A DNA stretch of 64,000 nucleotides from Candidatus Levybacteria bacterium CG2_30_37_29. GTDB lineage: Bacteria; Patescibacteriota; Microgenomatia; Levybacterales; GWA1-39-11. The DNA lies in the NCBI GenBank assembly GCA_001873215.1, contig MNYS01000009.1:67654-131653 (forward strand). Direction: 5' to 3'. Every line of letters starts with the position of its first letter. Position 1 is the first letter of the stretch. A program made the translations under genes and the position numbers. Below the pieces are notes generated by a model. The model was not told the origin of the DNA and did not search any database. It saw nothing but the letters and a program-made list of their open reading frames with translations. Shown here in pieces: positions 28,816 through 38,171 of this stretch.

Positions 28816-29907
28816 ATGGGTAATAATTTACGCGGTGTTTTGCGAGCACATTCTGTGAAAAAAGGGAAAACTGTTCTTCTTAGAATTGATACAGACGTTG
28901 ATTTTGTAGGCGGAAAAATTCTTGATGATACAAGACTAACTGCTTGTGACAAAACACTCTCTTATCTTTTGAAAAAAGGTGCGGATGTTATTCTTTTGGG
29001 GCATCTTGGAAGACCAACTGAAAGTCAAAAATCAAAAATCAAAAGTCAAAAGTACGCAGAAGAGTTTAGTTTGGAGCCGGTTGCCAAGTGGTTTGCAAAA
29101 CACTACAAGGGAATTGTTGAAAAAAGAATGATAGGTGAATTTGAAGGATGGGAAATAACTCCGCATCTCCATTTGCTCGAAAATCTCCGTTTTTTTTCAG
29201 GCGAGGAAGCAAACGATAAAGAATTTAGCCGGTCGCTTTCCATTTTGGGAGACTTTTATGTAAATGATGCGTTCGCCGTTTCTCACAGATCCCACGCAAG
29301 CATAGTGGGAATTGCAGAGCTTCTTCCGTCTTATGCCGGATTTCATTTAGAAAAAGAAATTGAAACATTAGGGAACATTTTAAAAGACCCAAAAAGACCG
29401 CTTACGGTACTTATTGGAGGTGCAAAAATTGAAACAAAATTGCCTCTTGTTGAGAAGATGCATAGAATAGCAGACTATGTGTTGGTTGGTGGAGAAATAG
29501 CCGAGCAGGACGCAATGCTTATAAAAGTACAGCACGAAAAAATAAATCCGCCTGCCGGCGGAAAAAAATCTGCGGTTCTGGTTGCCGATAATATATCAAG
29601 CGGCTTGGATATTACCGATAAAGACGCAGAAAATTTTATTCAAATTCTGGACATTTCAAAAACAATTGTTTGGAATGGGCCGGTTGGGAAAATGGGAGTA
29701 ACTGAAACTGAAAGAAATACTTTAAGAATTGCAAAGGCGGTTGCAAGCTCAAAAGCATACACAGTGGTAGGAGGCGGTGATACTCTTGCGCTACTAAAAG
29801 AGCATAATCTTCTTAATAAATTTTCATTTGTTTCAACAGGCGGCGGAGCAATGCTTGAATTTTTATCAGGTAAAGAACTCCCCGGAATCGAAGCGCTGAA
29901 AAAGTAG
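28816..29907 (+). CDS. pgk: phosphoglycerate kinase
   Basis: VLLRIDTDV...LLGHLGRP N-terminal motifs. The start was set at the internal Met to avoid overlap with the PBP gene. Ends ...ELPGIEALKK*. Confidence 0.88.
   Translation: MGNNLRGVLRAHSVKKGKTVLLRIDTDVDFVGGKILDDTRLTACDKTLSYLLKKGADVILLGHLGRPTESQKSKIKSQKYAEEFSLEPVAKWFAKHYKGIVEKRMIGEFEGWEITPHLHLLENLRFFSGEEANDKEFSRSLSILGDFYVNDAFAVSHRSHASIVGIAELLPSYAGFHLEKEIETLGNILKDPKRPLTVLIGGAKIETKLPLVEKMHRIADYVLVGGEIAEQDAMLIKVQHEKINPPAGGKKSAVLVADNISSGLDITDKDAENFIQILDISKTIVWNGPVGKMGVTETERNTLRIAKAVASSKAYTVVGGGDTLALLKEHNLLNKFSFVSTGGGAMLEFLSGKELPGIEALKK
29877..29902. repeat. direct repeat copy A (pgk 3' end, CTCCCCGGAATCGAAGCGCTGAAAA)
   Basis: Same 25-mer recurs at 30984-31008. 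A degenerate copy sits at 31161-31186. Confidence 0.8.
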
Positions 29908-29946
29908 TTTACAATCGTCTAAAAATCGTCTATAATACGGCTATCT

Positions 29947-30981
29947 ATGTTCCTTCCGCAATACAAAATAACTGACAAACTTTTAGCCAATATTAAACGC
30001 ATTAACACGTTAGTTTCCGAGCTTAATAATAAAAGGTTTCCTAGTGTTGTACTTTTAGATCTTGAAAGAACAGCCTGCGAAGTGTCTTCGTATGCTTCAA
30101 CCAGTATAGAAGGTAATCCACTACCACTAACCGAAGTCAAAAAGATTTTAAAGACGACGCCAATAAGCATTCGGGATAGTGAAAAAGAGGTGTTAAATTA
30201 CAACAAAGCTTTAGAAGATTTAAACACAAAGCTTAAGAAAGGCAATGTAAAGCTTTCGCTTGAGCTTATTTTACAAATTCAAAAACATGTTACCAGAGGG
30301 CTTCTTCCCTTTTTTGAAGTTGGCAGTTTTAGAGAAAAGCCAGTAGTTGTAAACGACCCCAAAACACGAAAGGTTGTATATTTGCCTCCTGATGTAAAAG
30401 ACGTAAAATCGCTTATGGAAAATCTTATAACGTTTGTCAAAAACAATAAGGAAAATATCGACCCGCTTATACTTGCCGGGGTATTCCATAAACAAATGGT
30501 AATTATTCATCCTTTCATGGATGGAAACGGTAGGACGACAAGGCTTGCTACAAAGGTGTTACTTTTTGAAATGGGGCTTGATACATTTAATCTTTTTAGT
30601 TTTGAAAATTACTACAACAATAATGTTGCTAATTATTTTCAGACAGTTGGGGAATTTGGAAACTATTATGATTTAGTTGATAAAATTGATTTTACTGTTT
30701 TTCTTGAATATTTTACGGATGGCATAATAGATGAACTTTTAAGGGTTAAAAAAATGCTTCCCGAAGTTTTGGCAACTCCGCAAAGCACCTTAAAACCGTA
30801 TCACGAGAAAGCAATGGAGTTTATCCGAGAGAATGGATTTATTACCGACCGTGATTATTCAAAAATTGTTGACAGGGCAAAAGCAACAAGAGCTCTTGAT
30901 TTTCAAAAGTTAATATCTTTAGGTTTAATTGAGAGAAAAGGGAAAGGAAGAGCAACGTATTACATACTAAAAACAAAGTAA
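29947..30981 (+). CDS. Fic-family protein (AMPylase/Doc-like) with C-terminal winged HTH
   Basis: 344 aa. Canonical Fic motif HPFMDGNGRTTRL. C-terminal KGKGRATYYILK wHTH-like. Confidence 0.85.
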   Translation: MFLPQYKITDKLLANIKRINTLVSELNNKRFPSVVLLDLERTACEVSSYASTSIEGNPLPLTEVKKILKTTPISIRDSEKEVLNYNKALEDLNTKLKKGNVKLSLELILQIQKHVTRGLLPFFEVGSFREKPVVVNDPKTRKVVYLPPDVKDVKSLMENLITFVKNNKENIDPLILAGVFHKQMVIIHPFMDGNGRTTRLATKVLLFEMGLDTFNLFSFENYYNNNVANYFQTVGEFGNYYDLVDKIDFTVFLEYFTDGIIDELLRVKKMLPEVLATPQSTLKPYHEKAMEFIRENGFITDRDYSKIVDRAKATRALDFQKLISLGLIERKGKGRATYYILKTK

Positions 30982-30982
30982 T

Positions 30983-31050
30983 CCTCCCCGGAATCGAAGC
31001 GCTGAAAAGATAATCACTTTATTTTTAGTTTTTCAAGCATGATTTCAAGG
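30983..31050. repeat. direct repeat copy B: degenerate duplicate of the pgk-3'-end/cmk-3'-end convergent junction
   Basis: Carries the pgk-end 25-mer plus ATAATCACTTTATTTTTAGTTTTTCAAG, a degenerate copy of the cmk-like gene 3' end. That part reads in reverse as ...LEKLKIK*, against the genuine ...LEKLKVK*. Confidence 0.75.
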
Positions 31051-31160
31051 GTTTCGCGCGCGAAAACTTTTTGAGAACACTTTTAAAATCCATGCGTAAT
31101 TGAGGTGGCACCTCAAATAGATTCGATTTTCTCCAGCTGCATTGATTTGCCGAAGTGACT

Positions 31161-31214
31161 CTTCTCAGAATCGAAGCGCTGAAAAAATAATCACTTTACT
31201 TTTAGCTTCTCAAG
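31161..31214. repeat. direct repeat copy C: junction copy attached to the genuine cmk 3' end
   Basis: CTTCTCAGAATCGAAGCGCTGAAAAAATAATCACTTTACTTTTAGCTTCTCAAGG. The pgk-end part is degenerate and the cmk-end part is genuine. Confidence 0.75.
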
Positions 31215-31775
31215 GGCGATTTGGAGAGAGTCTTCTTTGTTGTGGTCAAAGGAGTTAATTACCAAATCGTAGTATTTTTTATCAAAATAAACCCAATTAG
31301 GATCGTTACTTGCATAAAGCTTTCTCCATTTTTCCAAATCATTTTTTTCCCGTGTCAGAACCTCTTCTTTTGCATCTGCAACGCTTAACCCCTCACGGTT
31401 TATAAGTCTGTCAATTCTTATATCGACATGATCTTCTCCGTTCTCTTCACATACAACAAGAATTTTAAAAATATTATCAATTCCTTGTGCGTTGAATCCC
31501 GCAAGTTTTGTTTCAAGCACGATTTGTTTGTCTTCTCTAAGCATCTTTTCAAGTTGCTTATCAAACAAAACATCTTCCTCATCCGGTCTTAGATTTGTAT
31601 CTTTTGGGTCAAGTCCAAGTTTTCCCCGAACCGCTTCCCAAAAAATTTCCCCGCCCTCTACGTGTTTCCAATTAAGTTTTTGGGCAAGTAATTTTGCCAG
31701 AGTTGTTGAGCCGGATGCAATGCGACCGGAAATGGTAATAATACGAATATTATCAATCTTTTGAGGAATATCCAT
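31191..31775 (-). CDS. cmk: archaeal-type cytidylate kinase-like P-loop kinase
   Basis: 194 aa. ITISGRIASGSTTLAKLLAQKL...GEIF and YDLVINS match the CMP kinase 2 family. Confidence 0.55.
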   Translation of the reverse strand: MDIPQKIDNIRIITISGRIASGSTTLAKLLAQKLNWKHVEGGEIFWEAVRGKLGLDPKDTNLRPDEEDVLFDKQLEKMLREDKQIVLETKLAGFNAQGIDNIFKILVVCEENGEDHVDIRIDRLINREGLSVADAKEEVLTREKNDLEKWRKLYASNDPNWVYFDKKYYDLVINSFDHNKEDSLQIALEKLKVK

Positions 31776-32854
31776 TACGCGGCAGGACTTAGCTGTTTTC
31801 CAAGAACTATTGTTTCTTCAACGAGTCTGTTTGCATATCCAAATTCATTGTCATACCAAGCAATTACTTTTACCATATCTCCTCCTACAACCTGCGTAAG
31901 AGAAAGGTCAGCAATTGATGAGTGAGGATTTCCGATAACATCTGAACTGACAAGCGGCTCTGTTGTTGTTTCAAGAATTCCTTTTAAATATGTTTGGGAA
32001 GCATCCGTAAGCGCTTTATTCACTTCGTCAACAGTTGTTTGCCGTTTTACAAGAAAAGTAAAATCTGAAAGAGACCCTACGGGAACAGGAACGCGAATTG
32101 CAAGACCGTTAAAAATACCTTTAAGAGATGGAATCGCTTGTGCCGCGGCTTTTGTTGCACCCGTTGATGTTGGGATAATATTCAAGCTTGCGGCGCGGGC
32201 TCTCCTATAATCTTTGTGTCCTCCGTCTTGAAGTCTTTGGTCTGATGTAAACCCGTGAATTGTTGTCATCATAGCTTTTGTTATGCCAAAAGTTTTTTCC
32301 ATGACGTGGGCAACCGGTGCAATACAATTTGTTGTACACGATGCGTTACTGATAATATTCGGAAGTCCTGTTTGATCATTTGTTAAATTTACCCCAAGAA
32401 CAAAAGTTCCCGATGCCGCCTCGTCCTTAAAAGGTGCAGACAAAACAACGGATTTTGCACCGGTTGTAATATGCGGCTGCATTTTTTCTTGGGTTGTAAA
32501 TGCGCCTGTTGATTCAATAACAACATCAACTGCTAAATCGCGCCATGGTAAATTCAGTGGGTCGCGGTCTGAAAAAATAGGAATATCTTTTTGGTCAACG
32601 GAGAGCATTCCTAAAAACTGGGCTTTTGTTTGAAAAGAAAGAGGAGAACTTTCAGGAGCTTTTATTGCTACTGTATGATTTTCCAGCGCGCCATAGACAG
32701 TGTCGTATTTTAAAAGATACATCCATCCTGCAAGGTCAGTGCTTAATCCCGCGTTAATCGCAACAACATCTACTTCGTTTGCAAATTTTTCAAGTATTAC
32801 GCGGTGCGCTACTCTTCCGATCCTGCCATATCCATTTATCGCAACTTTGATCAT
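31775..32854 (-). CDS. gap: glyceraldehyde-3-phosphate dehydrogenase
   Basis: 359 aa. NGYGRIGR Rossmann motif. Active-site ASCTTNC. Confidence 0.9.
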   Translation of the reverse strand: MIKVAINGYGRIGRVAHRVILEKFANEVDVVAINAGLSTDLAGWMYLLKYDTVYGALENHTVAIKAPESSPLSFQTKAQFLGMLSVDQKDIPIFSDRDPLNLPWRDLAVDVVIESTGAFTTQEKMQPHITTGAKSVVLSAPFKDEAASGTFVLGVNLTNDQTGLPNIISNASCTTNCIAPVAHVMEKTFGITKAMMTTIHGFTSDQRLQDGGHKDYRRARAASLNIIPTSTGATKAAAQAIPSLKGIFNGLAIRVPVPVGSLSDFTFLVKRQTTVDEVNKALTDASQTYLKGILETTTEPLVSSDVIGNPHSSIADLSLTQVVGGDMVKVIAWYDNEFGYANRLVEETIVLGKQLSPAA

Positions 32855-32945
32855 TAAGTATTAGGATACGTAAATTTTTGTAAAAATTCAAGAGGATAGA
32901 AATTTTGAGTTTGTCATTTGAATGTTTAATCCACAACCTTGAAGG

Positions 32946-32974
32946 TTGTCAAGATATCGCCAGTTTGGTACAAT
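32946..32974 (+). promoter_or_regulatory. sigma70-like promoter of the rpmH-rnpA-yidC-jag operon
   Basis: TTGTCA at 32946-32951. 17-nt spacer. TACAAT at 32969-32974. The predicted TSS is about 7 nt downstream at the rpmH ATG, so the mRNA may be leaderless. Confidence 0.45.
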
Positions 32975-32981
32975 ACTACCT

Positions 32982-33113
32982 ATGCCGGAAATATTAACCA
33001 AACATAAAAAATTAAAAGGAAAGAGAAAACACGGGTTTTTAGGCAGAAATAAAACCCATTCAGGAAGAAAAGTTATTGCAAGGCGCAGGCTTAAAGGCCG
33101 AGCGAAAATTTAG
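32982..33113 (+). CDS. rpmH: 50S ribosomal protein L34
   Basis: Hand translation MPEILTKHKKLKGKRKHGFLGRNKTHSGRKVIARRRLKGRAKI*, a clear L34. Under 60 aa, so not in the ORF track. Immediately precedes rnpA. Confidence 0.8.
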   Translation: MPEILTKHKKLKGKRKHGFLGRNKTHSGRKVIARRRLKGRAKI

Positions 33114-33425
33114 ATGTTTGAGAAAAAGGCAAGATACTCTTTTAAAAAAGGGTTGCCGAAGAATATAATTGGAAGCCCTTTTTTTGTTTTGCGCTATCAA
33201 GAAAACGGTCTTGCGCATTTTAGGTATGCGGTTGTCGTAAGCAAAAAAGTAGATGCGCGTGCGGTTGGACGAAATAGATTAAGAAGAAGAGTTACGGCTC
33301 TTCTTGAAAAAGAAAATCCTAAAAACCCACCACGGGATTTGGTTTTTTTCTTGAAAAAAGCAATAATTGAACTTAACAATAACCAGATAAAAACAGAAAT
33401 ACAAAAAATATTCTTAAAAATATAA
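33114..33425 (+). CDS. rnpA: ribonuclease P protein component
   Basis: 103 aa. AVGRNRLRRRV basic motif. Position after rpmH. Confidence 0.8.
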   Translation: MFEKKARYSFKKGLPKNIIGSPFFVLRYQENGLAHFRYAVVVSKKVDARAVGRNRLRRRVTALLEKENPKNPPRDLVFFLKKAIIELNNNQIKTEIQKIFLKI

Positions 33426-33427
33426 AT

Positions 33428-34237
33428 ATGGGAGAAATTTTTTCTTTATTGTTCACAAATCCGATAACCAATGTTTTGGTAGCCTTTTATAAATTGTTAA
33501 GCCTTATTGGTGTACCATATGCGCTTGGATTTTCAATAATTCTTTTAACCACTGTCATAAAATTGGTCCTTTGGCCTCTTGTTTCCCTACAAATTAAATC
33601 TGCTGCAAAAATGCAAAAAATGACTCCTCACATGAATGAAATAAAAGAAAAACACAAGGATGATAAGAAAAAACAACAGGAAGCTATAATGATGCTATAC
33701 AAAGAGCATGGCGTAAATCCTGCTGCAGGATGTCTGCCTCTTATTATTCAAATTCCTGTTATTTGGTCTTTATACGGAGTTCTGACAACTGTTGTTGCGG
33801 TAACTTCAATTTCCGCAATTAATAAAATAAATGCAGTGCTTTATTTTCCGTTTTTGCGTTTAACAAGCGTTTGGGATCCGACTTTTCTTGGTTTTTCTCT
33901 TGCTGCTTCACCTGCAACACTTTTATCAGTTGCGCCTATTGCATTATCTGTTCCTCTTATAACAGGGGTTCTTCAGTTTATCCTTTCAAAAATGATGCTT
34001 CCTGAAGAAATGCCAAAAACACAGAAAGACGATTTTCAATCAGCATTCCAAAAACAATCTCTTTTTATCTTCCCCATAATGATTGGATTTTTCTCTTATT
34101 CGCTGCCTATCGGTCTCTCGCTATACTGGAATACTTTTACGGTATTTGGTATACTCCAGCAATATTTGCTTATAGGTCCGGGAGGAACGAAAAATTGGAT
34201 TACAAAAGCAAAAACAATATATGGACGAAATAAATAA
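33428..34237 (+). CDS. yidC: membrane protein insertase YidC (short form)
   Basis: 269 aa. 5-TM 60 kDa-IMP core with conserved WPL...IQIPV...SLYW regions. Confidence 0.85.
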   Translation: MGEIFSLLFTNPITNVLVAFYKLLSLIGVPYALGFSIILLTTVIKLVLWPLVSLQIKSAAKMQKMTPHMNEIKEKHKDDKKKQQEAIMMLYKEHGVNPAAGCLPLIIQIPVIWSLYGVLTTVVAVTSISAINKINAVLYFPFLRLTSVWDPTFLGFSLAASPATLLSVAPIALSVPLITGVLQFILSKMMLPEEMPKTQKDDFQSAFQKQSLFIFPIMIGFFSYSLPIGLSLYWNTFTVFGILQQYLLIGPGGTKNWITKAKTIYGRNK

Positions 34238-34670
34238 AACAATACAAAAAGAAGCAGAGATTCTTTTGGAAAAAGCCGGAATTGAAGGAACAGTTAGAGT
34301 TGAGTCTGCAGAAGAAGGTTTTCAGCTTTTTGTTGATAGCCAGGAAAACGCTCTTCTTATAGGAAAACACGGAAATACTCTTTCTTCATTTGAATACGTT
34401 TTGGCGATGATAGTTACAAAAAAAACAGGTGAATACAAACGTCTTACTATTGAAGTTGGTGGATATAGAAAAGAAAGAGAAGAATACTTGCAGGATTTAG
34501 CAGGAAGGCTAAGAGATGAAGTGCTTGATACTGGAATTGAAAAAACAATAAGAGGTCTTAAGCCGTGGGAGCGAAGACTGGTTCATATGTATCTTTCGGA
34601 AGAACCTGAAATTACAACAGAGTCAACAGGTGAAGACCGCGATAGGGTTTTGGTAATTAAAAAGAAGTGA
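34221..34670 (+). CDS. jag: Jag/KhpB RNA-binding protein (KH + R3H)
   Basis: 149 aa. C-terminal R3H motif (KPWERRLVHMYL). Position after yidC. Confidence 0.75.
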   Translation: MDEINKTIQKEAEILLEKAGIEGTVRVESAEEGFQLFVDSQENALLIGKHGNTLSSFEYVLAMIVTKKTGEYKRLTIEVGGYRKEREEYLQDLAGRLRDEVLDTGIEKTIRGLKPWERRLVHMYLSEEPEITTESTGEDRDRVLVIKKK

Positions 34671-35986
34671 CCAAGAGACTTGAGAAGTTTTTATTCATTC
34701 TGCTTCTTATTTTTGTTCCGGTGCAGACCGGCAAACATTTCTGGCCCTATTTTTCATATATTTCCGGAATAAGAGTTGACTACCTTTCTCCCACTTTTTA
34801 TATAATAGACGGAATTGTTTTATTGCTTTTTTTAACCTTTATTTTCGGTCGTAAGTTTAAAGCAAAGAAAAATACTAATAGCGTCTTCCATTCTCTTAAA
34901 TTATTGCTTTCTCTTGTTTTTATTCTTGTTATTGTTTTGCAGATTTTTATTGCAAGACAAGTTTCAGCTCACGTCCTTTTTGCTCTTCGTATCTGCGAGT
35001 TTTTATTTTTAGGGTATTTTGCTTCAGTTTTTTTAACTCGAAAAAAGCTATCTTTATTGATTTACAGTCTTTCTTTTGGCGGAATTTTTTCGTCTCTTCT
35101 TGCCGTATGGCAATTTTTGAATCAGTCGTCAATTGGTGGAATATTTTATTTTTTTGGAGAAAGAACATTTTCGCAAACAACAATTGGAATAGCAAAAATT
35201 AATATTGGAACAGCGCAATTTTTGCGTCCTTATGCTACTTTTCCTCATCCCAATGTTCTTGCGCTTTTTTTACTCGTTGTGGCAATACTTATTTTGGTAA
35301 GGATTGAATTTGAAAAAAATGTTTTAAGAAAAACTTTTCTTATTGTTTCGGCAATTGCTTCTTCAGCAGGACTTTTTCTGACATTTAGCAGAAGTATAAT
35401 TATTTGCTTTCTTATAATTATTTGTGTGCTATTTTTTCAAAGATTTCATGGAAAAATACAACGCATGCTTTTTGCGTTAGCAATATTACCGGTTACTGTT
35501 CTCTACTTTTTTCTTTCTTTTCCCAGATTTTCAATAACACCATTTTTATTAAAAGATTTGAGTTTACGAAATGACCTTTTAAATATTGGTGTAAATATTT
35601 TTTCCAAGTACCCGGTTTTTGGAGTAGGCCTAAATAACTTTTTTTACTACGAGAACGCGTACCAAAAAATCATTTCTCCGGTTTTTCTTCAACCGATACA
35701 CAATATATATTTTTTGGCTCTTGTGCAGCTTGGCGTTGTAGGATTTATTCCTATTCTAGCCTTTCTTTTTTTCTCGGTTAAAATACTTTTCAAAAAAACT
35801 TTCAGGCAAAAAAACCGCGAAATACGTCAATTTTATTTAGGAGTTTTTTTGCTTTTAATCGCAAGTCTTGTAATCGGATTTTCTGATCATTTTCTTATTA
35901 CTCTTGAACAAGGCATGCTTCTTTTTGCGCTTCTTTTCGGCCTTGTATGGAGCAATATTGGTGGTACATCAAAAGAAAGTAATTAA
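34667..35986 (+). CDS. polytopic membrane protein, O-antigen ligase/polymerase (Wzy_C-like) family
   Basis: 439 aa, more than 10 TM helices with a periplasmic loop. Assigned by architecture rather than by strong motifs. Confidence 0.4.
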   Translation: MTKRLEKFLFILLLIFVPVQTGKHFWPYFSYISGIRVDYLSPTFYIIDGIVLLLFLTFIFGRKFKAKKNTNSVFHSLKLLLSLVFILVIVLQIFIARQVSAHVLFALRICEFLFLGYFASVFLTRKKLSLLIYSLSFGGIFSSLLAVWQFLNQSSIGGIFYFFGERTFSQTTIGIAKINIGTAQFLRPYATFPHPNVLALFLLVVAILILVRIEFEKNVLRKTFLIVSAIASSAGLFLTFSRSIIICFLIIICVLFFQRFHGKIQRMLFALAILPVTVLYFFLSFPRFSITPFLLKDLSLRNDLLNIGVNIFSKYPVFGVGLNNFFYYENAYQKIISPVFLQPIHNIYFLALVQLGVVGFIPILAFLFFSVKILFKKTFRQKNREIRQFYLGVFLLLIASLVIGFSDHFLITLEQGMLLFALLFGLVWSNIGGTSKESN

Positions 35987-35988
35987 TT

Positions 35989-38157
35989 TTAAGGTTTTGG
36001 GGTTGGGCTTGGATGCGGACAAGTAAAACAATACCTGTCTCCTGTCGGGTCTGTCACGATAACCTCACTTCTCTCTTCAAGATTGTCAGTTTTTCCTTTT
36101 GCAGGAAGATCATTTGTAGCTTTGTCTATGAAGACCTTTTGTCTTCCCGGGTCGATTTGTTTTGGCTCAGTACCTTTAATAAAATATTCATATCGGGTTG
36201 GGCAACGGTCTGCAGTTCCGTCAGGAGGAGGAAGAAGTCCTGAAGTCGCACATACAATTTTTCCTATCACGCTGTCAGGTTTTAAGGTTGATTCTGCAGG
36301 CGTTCCAATAATAAGGTGACTCATAATATCGTTCCAAATTGGTGCTGCTCCTGTAATTCCCGAAACAATCCCGCTCATTTGTGAGTTGTCATTATTTCCC
36401 ACCCAAACCGCAACAACGTAAGAGTGTGTATATCCTATTGTCCAATTATCACGAAAATCATTTGTCGTTCCTGTTTTGACAGATACTGGATAGTTTTTAA
36501 TTCTAAGAGGAGAATTTGTTCCAAATTCAAGGCTTCTTGCGTTGTTGTCAGAAAGAATATTGGAAATAATATAAGAAACTCCGTCAGGCAATACTTTTTT
36601 CCCAAAAATTGGACTTTCCGGAGGTTTGTATTCTGAAATAACTACTCCTTTGCTGTCTGTAACTTTAAGAATAGCAGTAAGAGGAATTCTATACCCGTTA
36701 TTTGCAAAGACACCGAAAGCCTCGGCCATTCCAAGCATTGTTACTTCTCCCCCTCCTAAAGTCAAAGAAAGACCATATCTGTCCGGAGTATCAAAGGTGT
36801 CAATTCCCATAGCAGAAGCCGTTGCAATCATATCCTCAACAGTATTGACCTTTAACATTTTTACTGCAGGGATGTTAAAAGAGTTTCCGAGTGAGTCTCT
36901 CATTTGCGGCGCCCCATGGAATTTTCCATCATAATTTACGGGACAATAGGCAGCCTGGTCGGCATTTGGAAAACAAGTCGGCTGGTCAACAAATGGAGTT
37001 GCCGCGGTGTATCCTTTAATAAGACCGACAGCATAATTAATCGGTTTTATTGAAGACCCCGGTTGTCTTTTTGCCAAAGTTACATTTACATTTCCGTCGT
37101 TCTCTTGGTCAAAATAGTCATGACTTCCAACCATAGCCAATATTTCTCCGGTTTTTGGGTTTGTGACTAGGGTTGCTCCGTTTGAAACATTTGATTCTTT
37201 TAAGTTATCAACCTCTGCCGAAACGCTTGCCTGCGCATAATTTTGTATATCAAGGTCAAGAGTAGTTGTTACGTTCAGTCCTCCTTGGTCTACCATTCTT
37301 TGACCATATTTTTTAACAAGCAAATCTTTTACGTAAAAGACAAAATGTGGTGCCAGAATTTTATTTTGGAATTTTGAGAATGTCAGTTGTTCTGCCAAAG
37401 CTTTTTCTTCTTGGCTTTTTGTAATATACTTTTGTTCACGCATTCTATGAAGAACTTCTATCTGACGTTTTTTTCCGAGTTCCGGATGGGAGCCAAAAGG
37501 AGAATAGATGCTCGGCGCCTCAGGAAGACCCGCTAGAAACGCGCTTTGCGCAAGACTTATTTTATCAACCGGTTTATCAAAATATGCGTAGCTTGCGGCC
37601 TGAACTCCCCACGTGGTTCCTCCGTATGAGACTTGATTAAGATACATTTCAAGTATTCCATTTTTTGAATGTGTTGCTTCAACAACAAAAGAGAGAATTA
37701 TTTCTTTTACCTTTCTTGTAATTGTCCTCTCAGGCGTCAAAAGAGAATTTTTTACTAACTGTTGCGTAATTGTCGAGCCACCTTGTACTTGACGTTTTAT
37801 TACTGTTGAAAAAATAGCCCGGGTAATTCCTCGGATGTCTATTGCTCCATGCTTGTAAAAATCTTTATCCTCAATTGCAATTGTTGCGTTTTTTAAATCT
37901 GTTCCTATTTTATTTATTGGTACAAAAGTTTGGTTTTTTGACGTGAAGACTGTGTATAGAAGTTTGCCTGTTCTGTCATAAATTTTTGTTGATTGAGGAT
38001 AAGAAGTTCGTCCAATCGTTGCGGTTGACGGTACGTCTTTTAATACAAAAAAATATGCCGGTATTAAAAAAAGAAAAATAAAAGAAAGAGTAAAAATGAC
38101 ACTCTTTTTTTTCAAAATGCCAAAAGATTTAAAAATAATAAATGTGGGATTAGGCAT
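35989..38157 (-). CDS. class A penicillin-binding protein (second PBP1A-type paralog)
   Basis: 722 aa. EDKDFYKHGAIDIRGITRA and GGSTITQQL (GT51) plus a transpeptidase domain. C-terminal tail CFTCPHPSPTPKP. Confidence 0.85.
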   Translation of the reverse strand: MPNPTFIIFKSFGILKKKSVIFTLSFIFLFLIPAYFFVLKDVPSTATIGRTSYPQSTKIYDRTGKLLYTVFTSKNQTFVPINKIGTDLKNATIAIEDKDFYKHGAIDIRGITRAIFSTVIKRQVQGGSTITQQLVKNSLLTPERTITRKVKEIILSFVVEATHSKNGILEMYLNQVSYGGTTWGVQAASYAYFDKPVDKISLAQSAFLAGLPEAPSIYSPFGSHPELGKKRQIEVLHRMREQKYITKSQEEKALAEQLTFSKFQNKILAPHFVFYVKDLLVKKYGQRMVDQGGLNVTTTLDLDIQNYAQASVSAEVDNLKESNVSNGATLVTNPKTGEILAMVGSHDYFDQENDGNVNVTLAKRQPGSSIKPINYAVGLIKGYTAATPFVDQPTCFPNADQAAYCPVNYDGKFHGAPQMRDSLGNSFNIPAVKMLKVNTVEDMIATASAMGIDTFDTPDRYGLSLTLGGGEVTMLGMAEAFGVFANNGYRIPLTAILKVTDSKGVVISEYKPPESPIFGKKVLPDGVSYIISNILSDNNARSLEFGTNSPLRIKNYPVSVKTGTTNDFRDNWTIGYTHSYVVAVWVGNNDNSQMSGIVSGITGAAPIWNDIMSHLIIGTPAESTLKPDSVIGKIVCATSGLLPPPDGTADRCPTRYEYFIKGTEPKQIDPGRQKVFIDKATNDLPAKGKTDNLEERSEVIVTDPTGDRYCFTCPHPSPTPKP

Positions 38158-38171
38158 AAATCTTAGAAGTA

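Noticed and set aside
29021-29060. Short periodic AAAGTCAAAAATCAAAAATCAAAAGTCAAAAG repeat
   Set aside because: It lies in-frame inside pgk (encodes ...ESQKSKIKSQKY...), a small lysine-rich insertion. It has no spacer structure, so it is not a CRISPR or regulatory repeat.
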